Shown here: positions 12,205 through 24,510 of the stretch, piece after piece
Position numbering within the stretch: the first letter of the stretch is position 1
Layout: each line of letters starts with the position of its first letter
DNA from: Takakia lepidozioides
Lineage: Eukaryota > Plantae > Bryophyta
Length of the DNA stretch: 64,000 nucleotides
Assembly (NCBI GenBank): GCA_030704615.1
Contig: CM060734.1
Location: forward strand, 7,254,001-7,318,000
Reading direction: 5' to 3'
Made by a program: the position numbers and the translations under genes
Notes under the pieces: generated by a model
Seen by the model: the letters and a program-made list of their open reading frames with translations, nothing else
Told to the model about the DNA's origin: nothing
The model's database searches: none

Positions 12205-15181
12205 CTATCCCAAGCAGTGTGGACACAACCAATCTCCGTCAGGAACCTTCTCAAGAGGTGGTGTCAAGCATCCCATATGCCAACCCCTTGAGCATCGATC
12301 ACACACCAGCATGGTGGCTGCCCCTTTGGCAGACCCACAGAGCATGCACCTCAAACCTGCAGGTACCACTGCCAAGTTTGGGTCAACTCTGCCATCGACA
12401 TTGGGAAGGTGACATGGCGCACAATTACGCACATGGTCCTTCCAAGTCATGCCATCCCGACCCTCCAAGATCAGGACCCCTGAGAGCAACACCTCTCGAA
12501 CCCTCAGAATAACACGCCCTGCAGTAATATCCAAGGTCGTATGAGCAGTCTGCTGCAGATAGACGTAGTCACCAGGGTTGAATCTCCGAACCCCAGGACG
12601 ATAGCCCCCACCACGTATGGTAGCATACCTCAACGTATCACGATGTTGTGCAATGGCAAGGTTCTCGAAAGCCATGGGCATGACTTTCTTGAACAACTCT
12701 GCACGCTGCTCACATGCACGTGCCCACACGTCCGGATCGTCAAGATTAAGAACTGTAGCAGCTTCTCTGCGAATGGATGTAGGCAAATCCGGCTCTCGAC
12801 CAAAGAGAAGAAAGTATGGTGAGAAGGAGGCAAGTGATGCTTGCTTGCTGAACCTGTAGCCCATGGCTAACCAGGGTAACTGAAGGTCCCAATCTCCTAG
12901 GTGTCCCTTCTGCAAGCCATACTTGCGCAAACCCCTCTTTACTATCTGAACAACTCTCTCTGCCAAGCCATCGGCCTCAGGATGATCCCGAGAAGTGGTG
13001 CGGTGGTCTATCAAGGCCTTGTCACACAAAGCCTGAAACTCCCCCAAGAACTCTCTCCCTTGGTCCGTGAGTACCTCAGCTGGAGCACCGAATCGGCTAA
13101 GCACACAATCCAAGAATGCATACGCAGCTCCCTCACTAGCCTTATCAGGCAATGGAACCAACTCAATCCACTTGGAGAGAGTGCTCCACCATCACCAACA
13201 CGTACTTGTTGTGGCGCATGGTCAGTGGCAACGGCCCTGCGAAGTCAAGACTCCACCTGTAGCCCAATCCCATGATCGGAAGAGGGTGCAATTGTGGAGT
13301 AGGGGCGTTGAATGAAGCACGCACCCTGTCACACACCATGCACCTAGCCACAAATTGTTGCACCTCTGTGTGCATACCACGCCACCAATACTGCCCCTGC
13401 AGTAGACTATGAGTGCGTCGCACCCCAAAATGCCCTAACTCCTCATGGGCATGCCGCACTAACCGTGCCCGCTATGTTGGGTGAGGCACAATCCTCACTC
13501 GACCATCCTCCCACACTCGGAGCAGGTGTGTCCCCTCCCACTTGAACCTCTTGGCTCGTTGTAGGATCCGATCCCTCTCCTTGGCAGTCATAGTGGCTGC
13601 AGTGTCTCCAGTGCGAAGATAGTCCAACACAGCTGAATCCTCATGTATATCTTTGGCGCCACCTTGCTCATTGCTGGCCTCAGGGTCCTCAGACACTTGA
13701 TCTACGGTCATCCCTATTGCAGGTCCAACCTGGCCTTCCGCTGCCAAGATACACAGAAATGCAGATGCATGCCATCCGGGCACCATCTCCTCGTCCGTCT
13801 CACCATGCCACCGAGCTCCAGTGTCATCCTGTTGGCTCGTGCATGGATTGCGACTCAACCCATCTGCATTGCGATTGACCAAACCCGGTCGATGCACAAC
13901 CTGAAAGTCATATTCTTGAAGGATGAGTGCCCACCATGCAAGCTTCCCCGTAAGCTTGTCTGACTCCATCAACCACTTGAGTGGTTGGTGATCTGTGACA
14001 AGGGTGAAGAGATTACCGTATAGATAGGACCTGAAGTGTGCCACGGCCCACACTGCAGCTAAGCATTCTCCCTCATATGAGCTATACTTAGACTCTGCAA
14101 CGTTGTTCGAGCGGCTAACATAAGCCACTACAAACTCTCTTCCCTCATCATCCACCCGTGTGAGCACCGCTCCAAGCCCCAGCATGCTCCAATCTGTATG
14201 CAACTGAAAAGGACGCCCCCTAATAGGCCGTCTCAAGATGGGCGCCGAGGTCAACCTCGCCTTGAGCTCTTGAAAAGCTTGTTCTTGCTCATCTTCCCAC
14301 TGCCACTCCTGGTCCACCTTGGTCAGCTTGGTTAGAGCCTTTGTAATGGCACTAAATTCCTTAACAAACCGTCTATAATAGTTTGCTAACCCCATGAAAG
14401 CTCGAACTCGGCTCACATCCGTGGGGCGTGGAACCTGTGCAATGGACTCTACCTTAGTCTGCTGTACCCCCAATCCTCCAGGATATATCATGTGACCCAG
14501 ATACTCAATCTGGTTGTGGAAAAACTTGCACTTTCCCGGATGTAACTTTAATCGGTGCGCCCTCAAGCGCTCAAATACCCCCTGAAGGTGTCTCTCATGC
14601 TCTTCCACCGTAGCACTAAAGATAATGATGTCATCTATGTAGCACCGAGCAAACTCCACCCCTGCTAGAATCTTGTCCATGACTCTCTGAAACTCAGCAG
14701 GAGCGTTTTTAAGCCCAAATGGTAAGAACCGCCACTGGTATAGGCAATCCTTCCCGTGCTTATTGATCCCCCAGAATTCCATCTTTTGCTTATCCGCCTC
14801 CTTGATCGGCAACTGGTGATATCCGGATCGTAAATCCAACGTGCTAAAGACCTTGGCATGCCCAATGGCATCAAAGATCTCCTCTGGTGTCGGCATGGCA
14901 TACCTATTGGACTTGGTCTGACGATTTACAGGCCGGTAATCACCGCACATACGTCTCTCCGTCCAATTGCCATAGACATCCTTCTTGGCTGGCATCACTG
15001 TGGCTGAAGCATACTCTCCCCCAGATAGCTCCACCAAACCAGCCTCCCAAAGGTCCTGAGTTCTCATCTGAATCAAGGACCTCTCCATGTCACTGTATCT
15101 ATAGGGTCTCCGAAAGATTGACGTGTCAGTAGCCAATTCAATGCGAATCTCTTGACCCTTCAGTGCTCCTAAGTCCTTCAA
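12205..15181 (-). pseudogene. Copy 3 pol: RT, RNase H, integrase, PHD finger
   Basis: YIDDII; FQLHTDWS, TDHQPL, NADGLSR; HEELGH...CMVC, SLDFAG, LTDQGREF, GLAERVV; C-terminal CMLC..CDRC..WHMGC..WLCPHC. One stop (13472) and one frameshift (~13175). Confidence 0.92.
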
Positions 15182-15601
15182 ACTGAAGGCAAAGCAATTC
15201 CTGTAAGCCCTCAGGAACCACCGTATACGTCGTCTATCTCCGCTGGTGACAATGGGTCCAATGTCAGGCTCCCAATTGTCCTCCGTAACTGCAACCTTAA
15301 GTCCAGTGGGCTTAGAGGTAGAGGACGCGTCCCATGGTTGCTATGCCGCAACCTCTTGAGCAGTACTCCCTGCCTGCTTAGTCAATGACAAAGCCTCATC
15401 CTGCCCTATCATCTCATCCTTGAGGACCTCATCAACCCGAGAAGAATCCCCAACCTCATCCATCACAGCTGCCTTGGCTGCCAACTCCCTCTGAACCTCG
15501 AGCGCCTCCCACGTGTGCCATGGATGTCTACACCCCGTGGTCCTCACCGGCTCACCCCCACTCGCTGCCTGTACCGTCTCGGTAGGCAGAGAGACCGTCG
15601 A

Positions 15602-17218
15602 CGGGCATGGCAATGGATTGCGAGACTCGAGGTCGGGTCTGTTTTGGGAGATGGGGCGGTTTTGTGCCACTTGCAGCTTCATCAAGCTGTATCTCCAGCA
15701 TACATCTTGGAGAATGTGCCACTGATGGGCGATTCTCGGGCCAGGGTGATGGCCAGTGTGCATCAAGTCCGGTCGTGGCTTGGGTCAGCAGTGTTGCTGG
15801 ATGCAGCTGCAGTGGGATCACGGGCTCATCGTCCACAGCTATGGTGGACTAACTTGATGCCACCCGCACTGCTCAAGCGTGCATTTGATGGGGTGCAGCG
15901 GCCAGTACACCTCACAGTGGATAGCATTTTGGACATAGGGAGACAGTCTCAACGTGTGAGACACGATGACCGTTCACCTTTGGCAGTGGTCAACAGGGTG
16001 GGTCAACCACGAGCAACATTACCTACACTGCTCAGCTTCCCAGGATCCCATGCTTTTCGGGATGGTGGACCTGGCCTCCTGTGGGATGCTCAGTTGCAGC
16101 AGTTAGTGAAGCGTAATGCCGACGAGCGAGAGCGAGCTATGGGGTTTTCCACTGGGACCACGACGGTGCCTTCTCTTCCTGAGGTGATGAATGCCCTTGG
16201 CAGGGCCAACCTGCCACTACCAGATCAATGGAACCAACCCGCTCCAAATCCTGCGCCCCCAGTAACGAAATGTCTGCTGGCAAGCCCTGTTGATATCCAC
16301 GAATTGCAAACACCGACAACAACTCAGGGTACCGCTGCACCAACTGAGCAACATGGCGAAGTGAAACGCGTTGTGCAGTCTCATCCCTCTCCACATACAG
16401 GTAACGCCGAACTCGTACACCTGCCTGTAATACAGCAGCCAATCCAGTGCTGATCCCACCAAACAAGTCCAGAAGACAAATGCCTTCATCCGGATACTGC
16501 CACACAATAGGTGTGGTGTCCAATGGAGACAACTGAGGTGGTCCTGGTGCAATCCCCGCACTCTCCTCCTCTCCTGACGGTACAAAAGCCTCCACCTAGG
16601 CTTGTTGCACCCGTCGATCAGCATCTCGCTGCAAATCCTTGCTCGTGCCCCACAATGGAGTCTGAGCAACCATGGTAGGCAACTCCGCCATACCATACAT
16701 GTTATCCTGCTTCCCGGAGGTGGTACATCCTCTGAGTGAGCGTTGCCCTCAAGCAACTCTCTAGGCCAACTCACTGCCGTTGTGAATGCTGCTAGTATCG
16801 GCATCTTGCCTTGCTGGGCAACCGCAACTCCTCCTATGAACGTCACAGGGAGCTGCACACGCCGGCCCTCCCCTGACTGCCATGCAGGCCTATAGGAAGC
16901 TGACTCCTCCCAAAAATCCAGGGTGAAGCCCATGGGGTACAACACTGCCCCACCAACCAGGACATCGTATGAGACCGGGTCTGTCACAATGGCCTTGGCT
17001 CGCATCACTGAGCCATCTGTAGGGTGATCCGGCCGTAGTCTGATAGCCAACTCACGCCGTGTCATGCCCCGAGCTTGCTCCGATCCTCCCAGAGACGTCT
17101 GTATCTGGAAAGGACAAGGCTCCATATCCGCCTCCGTGAGGCCCAAGCCTGCAATAGCAGCTTTGCCCAGCATCAGTGGCTGAGCTCCCGAGTCCAACAA
17201 GACCCGCAGTGGCCGGTA
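15602..17218 (-). pseudogene. Copy 3 protease and DNMT, with DNMT motifs V-IX inverted onto the plus strand (15602-16183)
   Basis: Minus strand: LDSGAQPL, LLDLFGGISTG, IDLVVAGWPCQGHSS. Plus strand: GLRDSRSGLFWEM, YILENV, AHRPQLWWTNL, ERERAMGF. Confidence 0.88.
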
Positions 17219-17777
17219 CTAGTGTGTGGTGTGCACATGTGTTGTGTGGTTTTGGATAGCGATGTAGTTGTGTAGTGATATGTATGCGCACAACAGCTGT
17301 CAAGTTATTTTACCACTAGTGTGAAACTAGCTAGGAAAATAGCTAGCTTTTATATATTGACATTTGGGATTGGCCCAAGTGTCAATCCAGGGGTCAAGGC
17401 AGATTTAGGCCCTGGAGTGGTTATCTTCATGGCAAGCGCGGAAGGCTCATCTTTCTCGAGTTGAGCCTCACCGCACCTAGCTATGGCGCCGTAGTGTGGA
17501 TTCCCCATGGCGTGGGGTGCACTTGGCTTGACTTGTATTTGAGTGATGAGGTTATATATGCATGAGTTTATGCTTCAGATTTGTGAGCTCGTGCTTGTAT
17601 TCTTCTTCTTTATCACTCGAGAAAGATGAGCCTTCCGCGCTTGCTGGGAAGATAACCACTCTAGGGCCTAAATCTGCCTTGACCCCTGGATTGACACTTG
17701 GGCCAATCCCAAATGTCAATATGTAAAAGCTAGCTATTTCCTAGCTAGTTTCACACTAGTGGTAAAATAACTTGACA
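17217..17777. repeat. Partial A + GC + B followed by an inverted copy of the first ~163 bp of B
   Basis: A ends 17295, GC 17296-17297, B 17298-17615. Positions 17616-17777 are the near-perfect reverse complement of 17298-17460. Confidence 0.92.
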
Positions 17778-17781
17778 GACT

Positions 17782-20700
17782 GTTCCAGCATTTGGAAGGC
17801 CCGCCTATGGACGATTACCACGAGTTCAGGCGAGGACATGAAGCAGAGATTGAGGAGTGGAGGATGTATTGGTCACCTGACTACGTCTCCATTACTCGAG
17901 GCACGACGCGACCAGTAGCTGCATCAGCACCAATATCTCCCACTGCCAGCACTAGTAGTGGAACAAGTAGTGCCGGTACTTCTGCAGGTGGTACCAGTTC
18001 AAAAGGTGCTACTACTCCTCCTGCCACGACTACAACACATGTGCCTAGATTCAACCCGATGGTGGAGTTCTTCCAGGAGTTGCGGAGGAACTACCAAGGT
18101 GTACAGACAGAGAAGCTGCGAAGTTTGCAAGACTTCCAGCGCAAACCCAGTGAGAGCCTGCGAGAGGCGTACACTTGTATGAGGCGCTTGATAAGTGTGA
18201 CCCAAGGGGTTACTGAAGCTCAGGCAATCCAATTTTGGTATGGAATTTTGGACAAGGAGCTCAGGAGAAGGGTGCGGGATGCAACCCTGTTACAAGCAGC
18301 CCAACCCACATTAGCAGATGTGTTTATGCTGGCTGAGCGGATTGAGCTCAACATGGTGGAGGAGCGAGTTGTTACCATTGGATTTGGCAAAGACATGCCT
18401 ACACGAGGCGCAGCTACCAGCCCACAGGCACAAGGGACTGCCCAACAGCGTGGTCAGGGGGGCAAGGTTTCCCAACCCAAATTTCATGGAGCTTACAGGG
18501 GACCTCAGGTGCAGAGGCCAGTAGCATCTTTTGCAAGCCAACAGCAACCAGGGGTGATATGTTGGACATGTGGAGGACCCCATGTCAAGAGAGATTGCCC
18601 AGAGAGTGGCAAAAGGCCGGCACAAGCATAGCCTGCACAGTTGCAGTGTGGGCATTGTGGCAAGTATGGGCATGGAGATGCCCAGTGTTATGACTTGCAT
18701 CCTGAGGTGCGCCCAGGCCAGTTCCAAGGGAACAATGGTGGCCGGGGGTGAGCTGGACCAGCCCAGAGAGGACGAGGTGGCCGGGCATGAGGTGCAGGCC
18801 AAGGGCAAGCTCAACATGGCCAAGGACGCGGAGGTCAGGGTGTTGACCAAGGCATGGCCAACCGGCTTCAGCAGCTAGAGCAGAGGCTCGCTGCCATGGC
18901 TACAGCTCAGGTAGTACCGGCTCCCAGGCGAGATGGTCCACCTCCTGCTCTTAAGGGAGGAGATATGGGAGGCATGGGATTCATGTGCGGAGCAACACTA
19001 CCACTAGAGCAGGTGGAGTCTACTGCAGCCATGACTCAAGGAGCACAAGTTCCTGAGCCACGAGGTGCAAAAGTGGAGTTGGATCCACAATGTGGGGAGG
19101 TAAGCCGTTAGGCGAGGCTTCCTCAGTCATTCACATTGGTGGAGATAGTGTCGACGCCATCCATGGCACCTAGTTCTCGCCCGACTGTTATCGAGGCGGA
19201 GGTTACTATGCCATTGGGGAGAGCTATCCGTGCATCACTGACACCTGCTGCCAAGGCTAGTGCAGCCGGTGTGTTATTGGGGGCAGCCACCTCTGTGTGT
19301 CAAGCCCCACTGTTCTCGGCAACCATGATTGCGACGCCGGGGGTAAGACCAACTGCAGTGTTCAGACTAGCAGCAACACTCTGTGAGAATAGGGAGGTCA
19401 CTTCATCTTCTGCGGAGTTACTGGAAGGTGTAGTGGCAGAGCGATCCTCGGATTTGAGGGTTAAGACTGCCACGGCTGCGCCATGGCAAGCTGCAGCTGC
19501 CAAGTTAACGGAGCTGTCAGCTAGGCCAGCCTTTGAGCGCGCCATGGTGACACCTGGAGTTGTCTTGTTGGACAACCAGGATGACATTTTCTCTTTGAGT
19601 GGACCGGCAGGCAAGAAGTACCGGTTACTGCGGGTCTTGTTGGACTCGGGAGCTCAGCCACTGATGTTGGGCAGAGCTGCTATTACAGGTTTGGGCCTTA
19701 TGGAGGCGGATATGGAGCCTTGTCCTTTCCAGACAGACATCTCTGGGAGGATCAGAGCAGGCTCGGGGCATGACACGGCGTGAGTTGGCCATTAGACTGC
19801 AGCCGGATCATCCTATAGATGGCTCAGTGATGCAAGCCAAGGCCATTGTGACAGACGCGGTCTCTTACGATGTCCTCGTTGGTGGGGCAGTGTTATATCC
19901 CATGGGCTTCACCCTGGACTTTTGGGAGGAGTCAGCATCCTACAGGCCTGGATGGCAGTCAGGGGATGGTCGTCGTGCACAGCTCCCTGTGACATTCATT
20001 GGGGGTATTGCGGCTGCCCAGCGGGGCAAGATGCCAACACTAGCCGCCTTTACAGCTGCAGTTAGTTGGCCTGGAAAGTTGCTGGAAGGCAATGCCCATG
20101 CAGAGGATGTGTCACCTTCAGCAGAGCAGGATGACATGCATAGTACGGCGGAGTTGCCTGCCATGGTTGCTCATACTCCAATTGTGGGGTACGAGCAAGG
20201 ATTTGCAGCAGGCTGCTGATGGACGGGTGCAACAAGCCTGGGTAGAGGCCTTCGTACCGTCAGGAGAAGAGGAGAGTGCGGTGATTGCACCAGGACCACC
20301 TCAGTTGTCGCCATTGGATACCACACCTCTTGTGTGGCAGTGCCTGGATGAAGGCATATGCCTTCTGGACTTGTTTGGCGGGATCAGCACTGGATTGGCT
20401 GCAGTGCTGCACGCAGGTGTACAAGTTCAACGTTACCTGTATGTAGAGAGGGATGAGACTGCACGACGCATCTCACTACGCCATGTTGCTCAGTTGGTAC
20501 AGCAGTACCCTGATTTGTTGCCAGTGTCTGCAGTTCGTGGATACCAACAAGCCTTGCTAGCAGACATTTCGTTGCTGGGGGCGCAGGATTTGGAGCAGGA
20601 TGGCTCCATTGATCTGGTAGTGGCAGGTTGGCCCTACCAAGGGCATTCATCAGCCGGGCATGGCAATGGATTGCGAGACTCGAGGACGGGTCTGTTTTGG

Positions 20701-23700
20701 GAGATGGTGCGGGTTTTGCGCCACTTGCAGCTTCATCAAGCTGTATCTCCAGCATACATCTTGGAGAATGTGCCACTGATGGGTGATTCTTGGGCCAGGG
20801 TGATGGCCAGTGTGCATCAAGTCCGGTCGTGGCTTGGGTCAGCAGTGTTGCTGGATGCAGCTGCAATGGGGTCACAGGCTCATCATCCACGGCTATGGTG
20901 GACTAACTTGATGTCACCCGCACTGCTCAAGCGTGCATTTGATGGGGTGCAGCGGCCAGTACACCTCACAGTGGATAGCATTTTGGACATAGGGAGACAG
21001 TCTCAACGTGTGAGACACGATGACCGTTCACCTTTGGCAGTGGTCAACAGGGTGGGTCAACCACGAGCAACATTACCTACACTGCTCAGCTTCCCAGGAT
21101 CCCATGCTCAAGAGGTTGCAGCATAGCAACCACGAGACGCGTCTTCTATCTCTAAGCCTGCTGGACTCAAGGTTGCAGTCACGGAGGACAACTGGGAGCC
21201 TGATGTTGGACCTATAGTCACCGGAGGAGAGAGATGACGTATACGGCGGTTCTTGAGGGCTTACAGGAACTGCTTTGCCTTCAGTTTGAAGGACTTAGGA
21301 GCACTGAAGGGTCAAGAGATTCGCATTGAATTGGCTACTGACATGCCAATCTTTCGGAGACCCTATAGATACAGTGACATGGAGAGGTCCTTGATTCAGA
21401 TGAAAACTCAGGACCTTTGGGAGGCTGGTTTGGTGGAGCTATCTGGGGGAGAGTATGCTTCAGCCACAGTGATGCTAGCCAAGAAGGATGTCTATGGCAA
21501 TTGGACGGAGAGACGTATGTGCGGTGATTACCGGCCTGTAAATCGTCAGACCAAGTCCGATAGGTATGCTATGCCGACACCAGAGGAGATCATTGATGCC
21601 ATTGGGCATGCCAAGGTCTTTAGCACTTTGGATTTACGATCCGGATATCACCAGTTGCCGATCAAGGAGGCGGATAAGCAGAAGACGGCATTCAGGGGGA
21701 TCAATGAGCACGGGAAGGATTGCCTTTACCAGTGGCGGTTCTTACCATTTGGGCTTAAGAACGCTCCGGCAGAGTTTCAGAGAGTCATGGACAGGATTCT
21801 AGCAGGGGTGGAGTTTGCTTGGTGCTACATAGATGACATCATCATCTTTAGGGCTACGGTGGAGGAGCATGAGAGACACCTTCAGGGGGTATTTGAGCGC
21901 TTGAGGGCGCACGGATTGAAGTTACATCCGGGAAAGTGCAAGTTTTTCCACAACCAGATTGAGTATCTGGGTCACATGATATATCCTGGAGGATTGGGGG
22001 TACAATAGACTAAGGTAGAGTCCATTGCACAGATTCCACGCCCCACGGATGTGAGCTGAGTTCGAGCTTTCATGGGGTTAGCAAACTATTATAGACGGTT
22101 TGTTAAGGGATTTAGTGCCATTACAAAGGCTCTAACCAAACTGACCAAGGTGGACCAGGAGTGGCAGTGGGAAGATGAGCAAGAACAAGCTTTTCAAGAG
22201 CTCAAGGCAAGGTTGACCTCGGCGCCCATCTTGAGATGACCTATCAGGGGGCAGCCTTTTCAGCTGCATACGGATTGGAGCATGCTAAGGCTTGGAGCGG
22301 TGCTCACACAGGTGGATGATAAGGGAAGAGAGTTCGTAGTGGCTTATGCTAGCCGCTCGAACAACGTTGCAGAGTCTAAGTATAGCTCATATGAGGGAGA
22401 ATGCTTAGCTGCAGTGTGGGCCGTGGCACACTTCAGGTCCTATCTATACGACAATCTCTTCACCCTTGTCACGGATCACCAACCACTCAAGTGGTTGATG
22501 GAGTCAGACAAGCTTATGAGGAAGCTTGCACGGTGGGCACTCATCCTTTAAGAATATGACTTTCAGGTTGTGCATCGACCGGGTTTGGTCAATTGCAATG
22601 CAGATGGGTTGAGTCGCAATCCATGCACGAGCCAGCAGGATGACACTCGAGCTCGGTGGCATGGTGAGATGGACGAGGAGATGGTGCCCGGATGGCATGC
22701 ATCTGCATTTCTATGTATCTTGGTGGCGGAAGGCCAGGTTGGACCTGCAACAGGGATGGCTATAGATCAAGTGTCTGAGGACCCTGAGGCCAGCAATGAG
22801 CAAGGTGGCACCAAAGATATACATGAGGATTCAGTTGTGTTGGACTACCTCCGCACTGGAGACACTGTAGCCACTATGACTGCCAAGGAGAGGGATCGGA
22901 TCTTACAACGAGCCAAGAGGTTCAAGTGGGAGGGGACACACCTGCTCCGAGTGTGGGAGGATGGTTGAGTGAGGATTGTGCCTCACCCAACACAGCAGGC
23001 ACGGTTAGTGCGGCATGCCCATGAGGAGTTGGGACATTTTGGGGTGCGACGCACTCATAGTCTACTGCAGGGGCAGTATTGGTGGCGTGGTATGCACACA
23101 GAGGTGCAACAATTTGTGGCTAGGTGCATGGTGTGTGACAGGGTGCGTGCTTCATTCAACGCCCCTACTCCACAATTGCACCCTCTTCCGATCATGGGAT
23201 TGGGCTACAGGTGGAGTCTTGACTTCGCAGGGCCGTTGCCACTGACCATGCGCCACAACAAGTACGTGTTGGTGATGGTGGAGCACTCTCTCCAAGTGGA
23301 TTGAGTTGGTTCCATTGCCTGATAAGGCTAGTGAGGGAGCCGCGTATGCATTCTTGGATTGTGTACTTAGCCGATTCGGTGCTCCAGCTGAGGTACTCAC
23401 GGACCAAGGGAGAGAGTTCTTGGGGGAGTTTCAGGCTTTGTGTGACAAGGCCTTGATAGACCACCGCACCACTTCTCGGGATCATCCTGAGGCCGATGGC
23501 TTGGCAGAGAGAGTTGTTCAGACAGTAAAGATGGGTTTGCGCAAGTATGGCTTGCAGAAGGGACACCTAGGAGATTGGGACCTTCAGTTACCATGGTTAG
23601 CCATGGGCTACAGGTTCAGCAAGCAAGCATCACTTGCCTCCTTCTCACCATACTTTCTTCTCTTTGGCCGAGAGCCGGATTTGCCTACATCCATTCATAG

Positions 23701-24262
23701 AGAAGCTGCTACAATTCTTAACCTTGACGATCCGGACGTGTGGGCATGTGCATGTGAGCAGCGTGCAGAGTTGTTCAAGAAAGTCATGCCCATGGCTTTC
23801 GAGAACCTTGCCATTGCACAACATCGTGATACGTTGAGGTATGCTACCATACGTGGTGGGGGTTATCGTCCTGGGGTTCGGAGATTCAACCTTGGTGACT
23901 ATGTCTATCTGCAGCAGACTGCTCCTACGACCTTGGATGTGACTGCAGGACGTGTTATTTTGAGGGTTCGAGAGGTCTTGCCCTCAGGCGTCTTGATCTT
24001 GGAAGGTCGGGATGACATAACTTGGAAGGACCATGTACGTAATTGTGCGCCATGTCACCTTCCGAATGTCGATGGCAGGATTGACCCAAACCTGGCAGTG
24101 ATATCTGCAAGTTTGAGGTGCATGTTGTGTGGGTCTGCTAAAGGGGCAGCCACCATGCTGGTGTGTGATCGATGCTATAGAGGTTGGCATATGGGATGCT
24201 TGACTCCACCTCTCGAGATGGTTCCTGATGGGGATTGGTTATGTCCGCATTGCATTGGATAG
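17782..24262 (+). pseudogene. Copy 2 polyprotein: Gag, Zn knuckles, protease, DNMT (~20350-21105), RT, RNase H, integrase, PHD (~24119-24253)
   Basis: ORFs 17792, 18854 and 19136 share one frame across point stops. LLDSGAQ; LLDLFGGISTG, GWPYQGHS, YILENV, HHPRLWWTNL; YIDDII; integrase DDE core; C4HC3 PHD. Confidence 0.92.
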
Positions 24263-24510
24263 TGGGAGTGGATACAACTATGGAAGGCCAACAAGAAATG
24301 CAAGGCCAAGCTACTAGGAGACCTTGAACACATGAGATCTTGGCTCAAGTTCACAGATTGCAAGACGGCAACTAATGATGGGGTTACTCTTGTACCCGGC
24401 CTCTTGGTCTATAGAGTTTGAGTACAATAGGGACAGTGATAGAGGACTTAGTACGGCTGTGGCTATTACATCTTGTAGCAACTGGAGTTAGAGGGACCTA
24501 TCCACCAGCT

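Larger units (their letters stand above)
11769..17777 (-). mobile_element. DNMT/PHD Ty3/gypsy-type element, copy 3 (gag-less, rearranged), inserted antisense in copy 2 gag
   Basis: Perfect 4-bp TSD GACT (11765-11768 / 17778-17781). On the minus strand it starts TGTCAAG and ends CACGACA. PPT at ~11945-11956 precedes segment A (11769-11944). Confidence 0.92.
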
